From Candidatus Omnitrophota bacterium (GTDB lineage Bacteria; Omnitrophota; Gorgyraeia; Gygaellales; Profunditerraquicolaceae): 64,000 nucleotides of DNA. Positions 25,130 through 34,806 of the stretch are shown here, piece after piece. Every line of letters begins with the position of its first letter. The stretch's first letter is position 1. The DNA lies in NCBI GenBank assembly GCA_030650425.1, contig JAUSED010000003.1, forward strand, positions 199,903-263,902. The letters are read 5' to 3'. Position numbers and translations under genes: made by a program. The notes under the pieces were generated by a model. That model searched no databases and was not told the DNA's origin. It saw only the letters and a program-made list of their open reading frames with translations.

Positions 25130-25144
25130 CGGGTTAGTTCCAAG

Positions 25145-25170
25145 GTAGCGGACGTTTAAACGTCCGCTAC
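25145..25170. repeat. Perfect 26-bp palindrome, GTAG-type REP-like
   Basis: GTAGCGGACGTTT/AAACGTCCGCTAC, intergenic. Confidence 0.75.
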
Positions 25171-25189
25171 TAAATATCCGATTAGTTAC

Positions 25190-25573
25190 GTGAAGTCTAT
25201 GGGAAAAAACAAGGTAGTAATAATATTAGCGGTCTTAGTGCTGGCGCTCTTGGTTTTTAATATAGGTTCATGTATTAATGCCTATAGCCAGAATTCCAAC
25301 CGTAAGAAGGAAATGTTCCAAAGAATGGATTTGGAAGAGAAAATGGCTAAGGCTGTTCAGGAGAATGCCAGCATTGCCGCGAAATTTAAGGAACTCCAGA
25401 AACAGTTGGATGACGAAAAGGCAAATTTTCAGGCGGCAAAGAGGGCATTAACTCAAGAACAATTGGTGAATGACAGCCTTAAGGAAGAGTTGCAGAATTT
25501 GACCAAGGTTAAAGCGGCCTTAGAGGAAGAGCTTAAAAAAGAAACGGTAAACACAAAAAAGGCTAGGAAATGA
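25190..25573 (+). CDS. Hypothetical membrane-anchored coiled-coil protein (start may be ATG 25199)
   Basis: N-terminal hydrophobic helix followed by heptad-rich sequence. Confidence 0.7.
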   Translation: MKSMGKNKVVIILAVLVLALLVFNIGSCINAYSQNSNRKKEMFQRMDLEEKMAKAVQENASIAAKFKELQKQLDDEKANFQAAKRALTQEQLVNDSLKEELQNLTKVKAALEEELKKETVNTKKARK

Positions 25574-25613
25574 AATAGGGGGTAAGATAAAGGACAGTCC
25601 ATACAGTTCTTTG

Positions 25614-25640
25614 AAAAAGGGGAGATATATCCCCTTTTTT
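25614..25640 (+). terminator. Rho-independent terminator-like hairpin
   Basis: AAAAAGGGGA-gatata-TCCCCTTTTTT. Confidence 0.6.
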
Positions 25641-25650
25641 ATTAGCAAAG

Positions 25651-26619
25651 ATGGAGGCAGGCATGGTCAGAGTAAAGAAAGCAAAAAAAGTTGTGGTTAA
25701 GAAAACGCGTTCGACTAATAACCGGATAAGGATAATCAAAGCCAAAACCGGCCTAAGGACGGAGACAGGTAAGGTTAGTCTTGGGGTTCAGGAGCTCAGT
25801 GTTGGAACAACGAAGTTTTCTAATCCGGAAATCCAGCGTTTGCCTAAAACTTTTTCCCGTGAGTTGCCTTCTGGTTACGGAGTGGATAAAATGGCCCTCT
25901 TGGTACGCGACCCATGGTGGCTTTATACCTATTGGGAGATAAAACAGGAGACCGTGGAGAGGCTAAAATCCGAACTCAAAGATGAATTTTATATAGCCAA
26001 GCGGGTACTCAGGGTCTATGACGTGACCAATATTATTTTTAACGGCTCTAACGCTAACCATTTTTTTGATATCCAGATACACGAATTTGCCAATAATTGG
26101 TATATTGACGCCGGCTCCCCGGGAAAAAGCTGGTGTGTGGATTTAGGCCTAAAATTAAGCGACGGAAGATTCATCACTATACTGCGTTCTAATGTCGTGC
26201 AGACGCCGCTGGATGGGCCGTCAGAGATTACGGATGAAGAGTGGATGATTCCTGATGATATGTTTGCTCGTCTTTACGGTATGGGTTTTGGATTAGGGAG
26301 GAGTTCGCCCGTAGGTAAGGCCTGGCGGGAAAGAATGATCAGTTCTCCCGGGATAGCCTCGATGGCCAGCCCGGTAAAGAAAGCGCAGAAGAGAGGTTTT
26401 TGGCTAAGAGTTGATTGCGAGCTGATTGTTTACGGCGCGACTGTTCCCGACGCAAAAGTTACTGTGCAGGGAAAAGCGATAAACTTAAGGCCGGATGGCA
26501 CGTTCACTTTGCGTTTTGCCTTGCCTGACGGAAAACAAGTGATTCCGGTTAAGGCAGTATCCGCGGATAAAGTAGAAGAGCGCGTGATTACGCCTATCGT
26601 TACGAGAGAGACTAAATAA
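25651..26619 (+). CDS. DUF4912-domain protein
   Basis: LPSGYG..LLVRDPWWLYTYWEI and ELIVYGAT..DGTFTLRFALPDG; typical partner of GH57. Confidence 0.85.
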   Translation: MEAGMVRVKKAKKVVVKKTRSTNNRIRIIKAKTGLRTETGKVSLGVQELSVGTTKFSNPEIQRLPKTFSRELPSGYGVDKMALLVRDPWWLYTYWEIKQETVERLKSELKDEFYIAKRVLRVYDVTNIIFNGSNANHFFDIQIHEFANNWYIDAGSPGKSWCVDLGLKLSDGRFITILRSNVVQTPLDGPSEITDEEWMIPDDMFARLYGMGFGLGRSSPVGKAWRERMISSPGIASMASPVKKAQKRGFWLRVDCELIVYGATVPDAKVTVQGKAINLRPDGTFTLRFALPDGKQVIPVKAVSADKVEERVITPIVTRETK

Positions 26620-26620
26620 A

Positions 26621-28201
26621 ATGCATAAAGGATATCTTTGCTTAGTTTTGCACGGCCATCTTCCATACGTACGTCATCCCGAGCACGAAGATTTTCTGGA
26701 AGAAGACTGGCTTTATGAAGCAATCACCGAGACCTATGTTCCGTTGATCATGGTATTCGAAAGGCTGGCGAGCGACCGGATAGATTTTCGCCTGACCATG
26801 ACTTTAAGCCCGACATTGATTTCGATGTTAGGCGATCCCTTGCTTCAGGAGAGGTATTTAAAACATATCAATAGGCTTATTGAATTAGCGCATAGAGAAA
26901 TAGAGCGGACCCGTTGGCAACCTGAATTTCATCATTTGGCGCTGATGTATTTGTCCGAGTTTTCTAAGGCCCGGGATACTTTTGTAAGGTATAACCGGAA
27001 TTTAGTAAACGCTTTTAAGAATTTTCAGGATTTAGGAAAATTGGAAATCATTACCTGCGGCGCGACCCACGGTTATTTTCCGCTGATGGACGTGCATAGG
27101 GAATCAGTCAGGGCGCAGGTTAAGGTTGCCGTAAGCCATTACGAGAGTGTTTTTGGGAGAAAACCAAAAGGAATCTGGCTTCCTGAATGCGGTTATTATC
27201 CGGGACAGGATGGGATACTGAAGGAAGCAGGGATACGCTATTTTTTCTCGGATTCCCATGGGGTATTGCACGGAACCCCTCGTCCCAAATACGGCGTATT
27301 TGCCCCGGTCTATTGTAAAGGTACGGGAGTTGCTTGCTTTGCCAGGGATTTGGAATCGTCAAAGCAGGTCTGGTCGTCGATAGAAGGTTATCCCGGAGAT
27401 TATAATTACCGCGAATTTTACCGCGATATAGGTTTTGATTTGGAATATGATTATATCAGGCCTTACATTCATCCGGATGGAGTGAGAATCAATACCGGAA
27501 TCAAATATTACCGGATTACCGGTTCAGGCAATAACAAAGAAGCATATGTCCCGCATTGGGCGCAAAGTAAGGCGGCAGAGCAGGCAGGTAACTTTATGTT
27601 TAACCGCCAGAAGCAGGCGGCATATCTTTATGATTTTATGCAGAAAAAGCCGATCATTGTTTCGCCGTATGACGCGGAATTATTCGGCCACTGGTGGTAT
27701 GAAGGCCCAATGTGGCTGGAATTTTTGATTAGAAAGATTGCTTGCGATCAGGATGAACTCCGCCTGATTACGCCTTCGGAATATTTAGAGGAGAATCCGC
27801 GCAATCAAGTAATTACACCGTCAATGTCCAGCTGGGGGTGGAAGGGTTACAGTGAAATGTGGCTGCAGGGCTCAAATGATTGGATCTACCGGCATCTGCA
27901 TATTGCCTCGGAAAAAATGACGGGTTTAGCTAAAAGTTATTCCGAGGTCAACGGTTTAACCAAGAGGGCGTTGAATCAGGCCCTACGTGAATTATTATTG
28001 GCTCAGAGTTCTGATTGGGCGTTTATATTGGGCACAGGTACGCATACGGAATACGCTTTACGCCGCACCAAAGATCATCTCTTAAGGTTTAACCGGCTTT
28101 ACGAAGAGTTGAATTCGAACTCCATCGATGAAGCATGGCTGGCGGATATAGAATACAAAGACAACATTTTCCCCGGGATAGATTATCGCCTACACCAATA
28201 G
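26621..28201 (+). CDS. GH57 1,4-alpha-glucan branching enzyme (DUF1957 C-terminus)
   Basis: LHGHLPYV, GIWLPECGY, PYDAELFGHWWYEG and LAQSSDW motifs. Confidence 0.92.
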   Translation: MHKGYLCLVLHGHLPYVRHPEHEDFLEEDWLYEAITETYVPLIMVFERLASDRIDFRLTMTLSPTLISMLGDPLLQERYLKHINRLIELAHREIERTRWQPEFHHLALMYLSEFSKARDTFVRYNRNLVNAFKNFQDLGKLEIITCGATHGYFPLMDVHRESVRAQVKVAVSHYESVFGRKPKGIWLPECGYYPGQDGILKEAGIRYFFSDSHGVLHGTPRPKYGVFAPVYCKGTGVACFARDLESSKQVWSSIEGYPGDYNYREFYRDIGFDLEYDYIRPYIHPDGVRINTGIKYYRITGSGNNKEAYVPHWAQSKAAEQAGNFMFNRQKQAAYLYDFMQKKPIIVSPYDAELFGHWWYEGPMWLEFLIRKIACDQDELRLITPSEYLEENPRNQVITPSMSSWGWKGYSEMWLQGSNDWIYRHLHIASEKMTGLAKSYSEVNGLTKRALNQALRELLLAQSSDWAFILGTGTHTEYALRRTKDHLLRFNRLYEELNSNSIDEAWLADIEYKDNIFPGIDYRLHQ

Positions 28202-28206
28202 GTATG

Positions 28207-28270
28207 TTTGGTTTTAGGTGTTAGGTGTTAGGTTTTTTCAATTACCGATAACCTAGAACCTAGAACCAAA
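28207..28270. repeat. Inverted pair of heptamer tandem arrays (TTAGGTG / AACCTAG)
   Basis: tttggtt ttaggtg ttaggtg ttaggtt ... aacctag aacctag aaccaaa. Confidence 0.8.
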
Positions 28271-28279
28271 ATCATCTAT

Positions 28280-28990
28280 ATGATTGATAAAAACAATATT
28301 CCTCAACACATCGCGATAATCATGGACGGGAATGGCCGCTGGGCCGAGGCGCGCGGATTGCCGCGTACCGCGGGGCACCGGGAAGGGGCAAAAAGGGTTA
28401 AAGAGATTGTCAAGGCTGCGCGGGAATTAGGGGTCAAAGTAGTTACATTTTTTGCTTTTTCTTCCGAGAATTGGTCAAGGCCAAAGAGGGAGATTAATTT
28501 TTTGATGAGGTATCTGGATAATTTTTTGGTTCGAGAGATAAAAGATATGGATAAAAACAATATCCGTTTTTTGAGCATAGGCAGGGATGAGCCGCTCCCT
28601 TTAGCTATCCAGAAAAGGATAAAAGAGGCAGAAGCTAAGACAAGAGATAATACCGGACTTACGGTTGTTTTAGCATTCAATTACGGATCCCGGCAGGAGA
28701 TAGTGGACGCCGCCAAGAAATTCGCCGGAGAGGTTATTTCTTCCAAAACGGATTTAAATGCTTTGGACGAAGGAATGTTTAGCCGTTACCTTTATACGGA
28801 TAAGTTGCCTGATCCGGATCTCTTAATCCGCACAAGCGCCGAGTTGCGCGTCAGTAATTTCTTGCTTTGGCAGCTTGCTTACGCGGAGCTGTATTTCCCC
28901 AAAAAATTTTGGCCGGATTTCAAGGCCGATGATTTAAAGGAAGCGATAGAAGAATACCAGTCGCGTAAAAGAAGGTTCGGGGGTATATAA
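28280..28990 (+). CDS. uppS: Undecaprenyl diphosphate synthase
   Basis: HIAIIMDGNGRW, FSSENW and RVSNFLLWQ motifs. Confidence 0.97.
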   Translation: MIDKNNIPQHIAIIMDGNGRWAEARGLPRTAGHREGAKRVKEIVKAARELGVKVVTFFAFSSENWSRPKREINFLMRYLDNFLVREIKDMDKNNIRFLSIGRDEPLPLAIQKRIKEAEAKTRDNTGLTVVLAFNYGSRQEIVDAAKKFAGEVISSKTDLNALDEGMFSRYLYTDKLPDPDLLIRTSAELRVSNFLLWQLAYAELYFPKKFWPDFKADDLKEAIEEYQSRKRRFGGI

Positions 28991-28993
28991 AAT

Positions 28994-29788
28994 ATGTTTG
29001 CCAAAAGGATAATCACCTCTATTTTACTGATCGCTATGATTATCGGCGTGATTTTTATCGATTGGCTCTGCGGTTTGGTGGTTACTCTTTTTATTATCGG
29101 CGGATTATATGAATTCTTTTCTATGCTTGATAAAAAAGGGATAAGCGCCTATAAATATTTTGGCATAGGTTTAGGGATGGTCATACCGCTTTCGATTATG
29201 CGGGGTTTTGAGCTCACCCGTGGCTGGGAGTTCCTCTTTATCGTTTTAGCTTTATTGTTTCTTATCCTTATGCAGTTCAAGCGCAGGAAAAATTCAGGCG
29301 CGATCGTGGATATCTCGACTACCATCTTTGGGATAATCTATGTTTCCTGGTTTTTCAGTTTTTTGATAAAAATCAGGTACCTCGAGGGAGGGCTGGGATT
29401 GCTCGCGGCAGTCTTATTGATCACCAAAGCAGGGGATATCGGGGCGTATCTAGTGGGCAGCCGTTTTGGCCGGACTGCGCTTTTACCGCGCATAAGCCCG
29501 AAAAAAACTATTGAAGGTTCACTCGGAGGGTTGGTTTTTAATATACTTACGGCGCTGGCCTGCAAGCCGTTTTTGGGGTTCGGCTATTTTCATCTGATTG
29601 TCTTGGCTCTCGCTATGGGTGTACTGGGCCAGTTAGGGGATCTTTCCGAATCTTTGATTAAGCGCGACTGTGAAGTAAAGGATTCAGGAAGAATATTCCC
29701 CGGTATGGGTGGGGTATTGGATGAGATTGACAGCCTGCTTTTTGTCGCTCCGGTCTTTTATTTTTATATGAGCGTAGCCCTGAGATGA
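28994..29788 (+). CDS. cdsA: Phosphatidate cytidylyltransferase
   Basis: SPKKTIEG and GDLSESLIKR..KDSG motifs. Confidence 0.95.
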   Translation: MFAKRIITSILLIAMIIGVIFIDWLCGLVVTLFIIGGLYEFFSMLDKKGISAYKYFGIGLGMVIPLSIMRGFELTRGWEFLFIVLALLFLILMQFKRRKNSGAIVDISTTIFGIIYVSWFFSFLIKIRYLEGGLGLLAAVLLITKAGDIGAYLVGSRFGRTALLPRISPKKTIEGSLGGLVFNILTALACKPFLGFGYFHLIVLALAMGVLGQLGDLSESLIKRDCEVKDSGRIFPGMGGVLDEIDSLLFVAPVFYFYMSVALR

Positions 29789-30939
29789 AGAATATCGCGA
29801 TTCTCGGCGCCACCGGTTCAATCGGAGAGAGCGCGCTTAAGGTAATCCGTAATTTTCCCGATAAATTCAGAGTAGTGGCTTTAAGCGCTAATGCGGACAT
29901 CGATAAATTAAATGAACGGATAAAAGAATTTAAGCCGTTTTCTGTTGGCGTGAATGATTGCTCAAGGGCGCTCGCTCTTTCTAAAATGGTCAAGCCCGGA
30001 GTAAGGGTCTTTGCCGGCTCCGCGGGCTTAGTGGAGTTAGTAAAAGATAAACGTATCGACCAGATTTTATTTGCCATAAGCGGCGCAGGGGCGCTTATGC
30101 CGTTACTGAGCGCGATAGAGAGCGGTAAGCATATCGCCTTAGCGAATAAAGAAGCCTTGGTAATGGCTGGGCCGCTAATCATGCGTTTAAGCGGGAAGAA
30201 GAACGCGCGGATTATACCCGTTGATAGCGAACAGTCGGCTATTTGGCAGTGCCTTAAAACCGAAGATGGCCGCTCACTAAAAAATATTTATCTTACTGCT
30301 TCAGGCGGGCCTTTACGCAAATTGAATAAGCAGGCCTTAAAAGAGATTCGCTTAAAAGAAGTGCTCAAGCATCCTCGGTGGAAGATGGGGAAGAAGATTA
30401 GTGTAGATTCAGCGACGCTGATGAATAAAGGTTTGGAATTGTTAGAGGCGATGTTCTTATTTAACGTAGATATATCTAAAATCAAAGTTTTAGTCCACCC
30501 AGAGGCCCTGGTTCATTCGATGGTCGAGTTTATTGACGGGGTAATTATCGGGCAGCTTTCGATTACGGATATGCGCATTCCTATTCAATACGCCCTTTCC
30601 TATCCGCAAAGATTAGAAAGTAAACTGGGCGGCATAGATTTCTGTAAAGTGGGAGCGCTGCATTTTGAACAACCGGATATGGTGAAATTTCCCTGTTTAG
30701 GTTTAGCCTATGAAGCTGCCAGAAAGCTGGGGACTTTGCCTTGTGTTTTAAATGCCGCCAATGAGGTTGCTGTTTGGGAATTTCTGCGAGAGAAGTTGAG
30801 ATTTATTGATATAGCGGAAGTAGTGGAAAAGGTAATGCGCAGCCACGTAAATAATCCTAAGCCCGCGCTGCGCGATATTTGGGAAGCGGATAGCTGGGCG
30901 AGGATAGAGGCGCGTAAGATAATTAGGAGATTAAACTAA
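29785..30939 (+). CDS. dxr: 1-deoxy-D-xylulose-5-phosphate reductoisomerase
   Basis: LGATGSIG, LANKE, PVDSE, TASGGP and NAANE motifs. Confidence 0.97.
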   Translation: MKNIAILGATGSIGESALKVIRNFPDKFRVVALSANADIDKLNERIKEFKPFSVGVNDCSRALALSKMVKPGVRVFAGSAGLVELVKDKRIDQILFAISGAGALMPLLSAIESGKHIALANKEALVMAGPLIMRLSGKKNARIIPVDSEQSAIWQCLKTEDGRSLKNIYLTASGGPLRKLNKQALKEIRLKEVLKHPRWKMGKKISVDSATLMNKGLELLEAMFLFNVDISKIKVLVHPEALVHSMVEFIDGVIIGQLSITDMRIPIQYALSYPQRLESKLGGIDFCKVGALHFEQPDMVKFPCLGLAYEAARKLGTLPCVLNAANEVAVWEFLREKLRFIDIAEVVEKVMRSHVNNPKPALRDIWEADSWARIEARKIIRRLN

Positions 30940-30942
30940 CCG

Positions 30943-32022
30943 ATGTTTAGCTTACTTGTATTTTTCTTTATTTTAAGCGTTTTAATCGTTGTCCATGAAT
31001 TCGGGCATTTTATTGTCGCTAAGAAAATAGGCGTGCGCGTCGAGCAGTTCTCTTTGGGATTCGGAAAGGCGCTTTTTAAGAAGAAGAGCAAGGGAACGGA
31101 ATATAGCCTAAGCGCGATTCCCTTAGGCGGATTTGTGAAGCTTGCCGGAGATAATTTAGAGGAATACAAAGGTAAGCCTGATGAATATTTTTCCAAGCCG
31201 CCGGGAAAACGTTTCTGGATAATCTTTTTTGGGCCGTTATTAAATTATGTTTTGGGGATTTTACTTTTTTGGTTGATTTTTTTTGTAGGTTATCCCACGC
31301 TTACCACTAAAATAGGGAGCCTGATTGATAATTTCGGGGCTAAAGAAGCGGGGCTGGCAGTCGGAGATAAGATTATGGCTATCGACGGCCAAAAAACAGA
31401 AAATTGGGAAGACCTGCAGAAGATTATTTATGCGAAGAAACAGGCCGAAACAGTAAATGTTTCTTTCTTAAGAGAGGGGAAGGAATTAACCGCTAATGTC
31501 AGGCTTAAGCAAAAGGTTCTGGAGGATACAGTAGGGCAGAAACGTAAGCTTAGCCTGCTTGGGATTACCCCTAGCGATGAAATTATCAAGGTGAGGCACG
31601 GCTTTTTTGAGTCATTCGGTTTAGGTTTGGCTAAAGCCTGGGATTTGACCGTCATTACCTATATAGCTCTTGGCCGTTTGGTTACCGGAAGCCTGTCTAT
31701 GCGCGAGTCGATGACCGGGCCGCTGGGTATATTTTTCATTACTTCCAAAGCCGCTCAACTTGGCCCGATTGCCATAGTCCATTTAATGGCGGTTTTGTCT
31801 TTGAGCTTGGCAATTTTTAATCTTTTGCCTCTGCCTATACTCGATGGAGGCCATATCGCGCTTTTAGCTTTGGAAAAGATAAGAGGAAAATTATTAAGTA
31901 TTAAAACCGAAGAGGTGATTAATAAAATAGGGCTTTCTTTTATTATCTTATTGGTAGTCTTGGTTACTTATAATGATATCGTCAGGAACTTCGGGGATAA
32001 AATCTCCAAATTTATAAAATAA
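30943..32022 (+). CDS. rseP: RIP metalloprotease RseP
   Basis: HEFGH, a PDZ domain and NLLPLPILDGG. Confidence 0.95.
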   Translation: MFSLLVFFFILSVLIVVHEFGHFIVAKKIGVRVEQFSLGFGKALFKKKSKGTEYSLSAIPLGGFVKLAGDNLEEYKGKPDEYFSKPPGKRFWIIFFGPLLNYVLGILLFWLIFFVGYPTLTTKIGSLIDNFGAKEAGLAVGDKIMAIDGQKTENWEDLQKIIYAKKQAETVNVSFLREGKELTANVRLKQKVLEDTVGQKRKLSLLGITPSDEIIKVRHGFFESFGLGLAKAWDLTVITYIALGRLVTGSLSMRESMTGPLGIFFITSKAAQLGPIAIVHLMAVLSLSLAIFNLLPLPILDGGHIALLALEKIRGKLLSIKTEEVINKIGLSFIILLVVLVTYNDIVRNFGDKISKFIK

Positions 32023-32024
32023 CT

Positions 32025-33098
32025 ATGCGGATTAAGAGAAGAAAATCAAGGGTGGTAAAAATAGGCAGGGTTGCAATCGGAGGAAGCCATCCGGTGGCTA
32101 TCCAGTCGATGGTCAAATATAAGACTTCTGATCTTGACCGGGTCAAGCGGCAAATCCGGGAATTGGAAGGCGCTGGCTGCGAGATCGTGCGGCTGGCAAT
32201 TAAAGATACGCAGGATGCCCGCGCGTTAAAAAAGATTAAAAAAGAGGTAAAAATTCCGGTCGTCGCGGATATCCACTTTGATTACCGTCTGGCGCTTGAA
32301 GCAATCGATAGCGGGGTGGATAAGATCAGGCTTAACCCGGGGAATATTTATAAAAAAGAAGAGATCAGGGAAGTGGTCGCCGGGCTTAAAGCGGCAAAAA
32401 TCCCGTTAAGGATCGGGTTAAATTCAGGTTCAGTAAAAGAGGCGCGCTCTAAAAATATGCCGGATAGGTTGGTCGAGAGCGCGCTTAGTTACCTAAAAAT
32501 AATCGAAGGTTTTAAATTCCGCGATATAGTCGTATCTTTAAAAGCCTCGAATGTTTTGGATACGGTGAGCGCTTATCAAAAACTTGCCCGGCTTTGTGAT
32601 TATCCTCTGCACCTGGGAGTTACGGCTACAGGGTCGCCTTTTAGCGGCGCGATAAAGTCAAGTATCGCTTTAGGGGCTTTACTATTAGAGGGGATTGGTG
32701 ATACAATAAGGGTATCCCTGACAGATACTCCTGCCAGGGAAGTTTATAGCGCCAAAGTTATTTTAGAGTCGCTGTATTTACGTAAGTTCGGGCATACTTT
32801 GATCAGTTGCCCTACCTGCGGCCGCTGCGAAGTGGATTTAGTAAAATTAGTGAGAGAATTGGAAGATAAACTTCAGATGCCAAGCTTCAAGCTTCAAGCT
32901 AGGCCGCTGCAAGTGGCCGTGATGGGCTGCGTAGTCAATGGCCCGGGTGAAGCTAAGGAAGCTGATATCGGCATAGCCTTTGGCAGAAACGAAGGCCTTT
33001 TATTTAAAGGTGGGAAACCTGTAAGAAAGGTTCCTTTTGATAAGTGCGTAGGTGTGTTGATAGAAGAAATATCGAAGAGGACAGAGGATAGAGGATAG
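32025..33098 (+). CDS. ispG: (E)-4-hydroxy-3-methylbut-2-enyl-diphosphate synthase
   Basis: VADIHF, RLNPGN, CPTCGR and MGCVVNGPGE motifs. Confidence 0.97.
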   Translation: MRIKRRKSRVVKIGRVAIGGSHPVAIQSMVKYKTSDLDRVKRQIRELEGAGCEIVRLAIKDTQDARALKKIKKEVKIPVVADIHFDYRLALEAIDSGVDKIRLNPGNIYKKEEIREVVAGLKAAKIPLRIGLNSGSVKEARSKNMPDRLVESALSYLKIIEGFKFRDIVVSLKASNVLDTVSAYQKLARLCDYPLHLGVTATGSPFSGAIKSSIALGALLLEGIGDTIRVSLTDTPAREVYSAKVILESLYLRKFGHTLISCPTCGRCEVDLVKLVRELEDKLQMPSFKLQARPLQVAVMGCVVNGPGEAKEADIGIAFGRNEGLLFKGGKPVRKVPFDKCVGVLIEEISKRTEDRG

Positions 33099-33157
33099 AG
33101 GACAGAATAAGATTTTTCTGTTATCTGTATTCTGTTTTCTTCCGAGCGAAGCGAGGA
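33076..33157. repeat. Heptamer array (AGAGGAY)x4 with an inverted TCTG-type array, followed by CCGAGCGAAGCGAGG
   Basis: Read directly; overlaps the ispG stop and encodes RTEDRG*. Confidence 0.8.
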
Positions 33158-33160
33158 AAC

Positions 33161-34342
33161 ATGCTTTGGTCAAAGACATTTATTCCGACATTAAAAGAAG
33201 TCCCGCAGGAAGCCGAGTCTATTAGTCATCAACTGTTGCTGCGCGCGGGGTTAGTGCGCATGTTGATGGCCGGTTCGTACTCTTATTTGCCTTTAGGCTT
33301 AAAAGTGCTGGAGAATATACAAACGATCATCCGTCAGGAGATGGATACTTGCGGGGCAGCGGAATTATTATTGCCGGCATTGCAGCCATTGGAACTTTGG
33401 CAGCGTACCGGTAGGGATAAAGATCTAGGCGAGGTTATGCTGAAGATTACCGACCGCAGGGGGAGAAAAATCTGTTTAGGCCCGACGCATGAAGAGGCAA
33501 TCACGGATTTAGTGAGGAGCCACGTCTCAAGTTACAAACAGCTTCCGCTGGTCTTATACCAGATTCAGACTAAATTCCGCGATGAGATGCGCCCGCGTTT
33601 CGGGTTGATTCGCGCCTGCGAATTCATCATGAAAGACGCTTATAGTTTTGATCAAGATGAAGCGGGTTTAGATAAGAATTATCAGGCGATGTATGAGGCC
33701 TATCAGAGGATATTCAAGCGCTGCGGGTTAAGGATCGTTACCACCGAAGCGGATTCAGGAGTAATGGGAGGAAAGGTTTCGCATGAATTTATGGTCCCGG
33801 CCAAAGACGGCGAAGACGTGGTTACGGTCGGAGCGGAAAAAGTAAATGCCATTGAGGTTGGGCATATCTTTAAGTTGGGGACGAAATACAGCGTTTCTTT
33901 GGCCGCGCAATTCCTGGATGCCAAAGGTAAACTGCAGCCGATAATCATGGGTTGTTATGGGATTGGCGTTTCGCGCTTAATTTCAGCGGTAATTGAACAG
34001 AATAATGATCCCAACGGGATTATTTGGCCTAATGAAGTAACCCCCTATAAGGCCATCATTCTGGCTTTAGATTCCGGAGATAAGAATATTATGGATCTAG
34101 CTTTAAGTGTCTATCAGGAATTACAGCAGGCAGGGGTGGATACCTTGTTTGATGACCGTGACGAGCGGGCAGGGGTTAAATTCAAGGATGCCGACCTTCT
34201 GGGGATTCCTTTGCAGATAATTATCGGTAAAGGCGCGTTGCGCGATGGCTCTTTGGAACTTAAAATCCGGCGCAGCCAGGAAAAAATCATTAAACCGAAA
34301 GCAGAGGTATTGCAAGAAATAATAAGATTAGCCAATGGATAG
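33161..34342 (+). CDS. proS: Prolyl-tRNA synthetase, short bacterial form without the INS editing domain
   Basis: GPTHEE, FRDEMRPRFG, EVGHIFKLG and MGCYGIG motifs; 393 aa. Confidence 0.96.
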   Translation: MLWSKTFIPTLKEVPQEAESISHQLLLRAGLVRMLMAGSYSYLPLGLKVLENIQTIIRQEMDTCGAAELLLPALQPLELWQRTGRDKDLGEVMLKITDRRGRKICLGPTHEEAITDLVRSHVSSYKQLPLVLYQIQTKFRDEMRPRFGLIRACEFIMKDAYSFDQDEAGLDKNYQAMYEAYQRIFKRCGLRIVTTEADSGVMGGKVSHEFMVPAKDGEDVVTVGAEKVNAIEVGHIFKLGTKYSVSLAAQFLDAKGKLQPIIMGCYGIGVSRLISAVIEQNNDPNGIIWPNEVTPYKAIILALDSGDKNIMDLALSVYQELQQAGVDTLFDDRDERAGVKFKDADLLGIPLQIIIGKGALRDGSLELKIRRSQEKIIKPKAEVLQEIIRLANG

Positions 34343-34793
34343 AGAAGCTATAATCGGAGAATTTCAAGTTTTCTTGAAGGATTTCTTGAAAGCAAGAAAT
34401 CTAGAATTAATCGAGGTAATCCATCGGTATGAGGGAAGAGATTTATTCCTGCGTATTTTGGTAGATAAACCCGAAGGTGGGATAAGCCTCGGAGAATGCG
34501 CCCTACTTAACCGGGAATTAGGCGATATTCTCGATGAAAAGAATATCTTGGAGCAAAGATATATTTTAGAGGTTTCTTCTCCCGGTTTAGATCGGCCGCT
34601 TAAGACCGAGGCTGATTTTATCCGTTTTCTGAATAAGAAGGCAAAATTCTTTTTGAGCGAAGTGATCAACGGGAAACTGGAATGGGACGGCGTGATTAAT
34701 AAGGTTAATGAAGGGAAGGTTTACGTTAATACAGGAGAAGTTATTCTTGAAATACCTTTGGGTAAGATCAATAAAGCAAAACTAATTATTTAA
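34335..34793 (+). CDS. rimP: Ribosome maturation factor RimP
   Basis: LEVSSPGLDRPL motif; precedes nusA. Confidence 0.95.
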   Translation: MDREAIIGEFQVFLKDFLKARNLELIEVIHRYEGRDLFLRILVDKPEGGISLGECALLNRELGDILDEKNILEQRYILEVSSPGLDRPLKTEADFIRFLNKKAKFFLSEVINGKLEWDGVINKVNEGKVYVNTGEVILEIPLGKINKAKLII

Positions 34794-34806
34794 GACTGGA
34801 GAAAAA

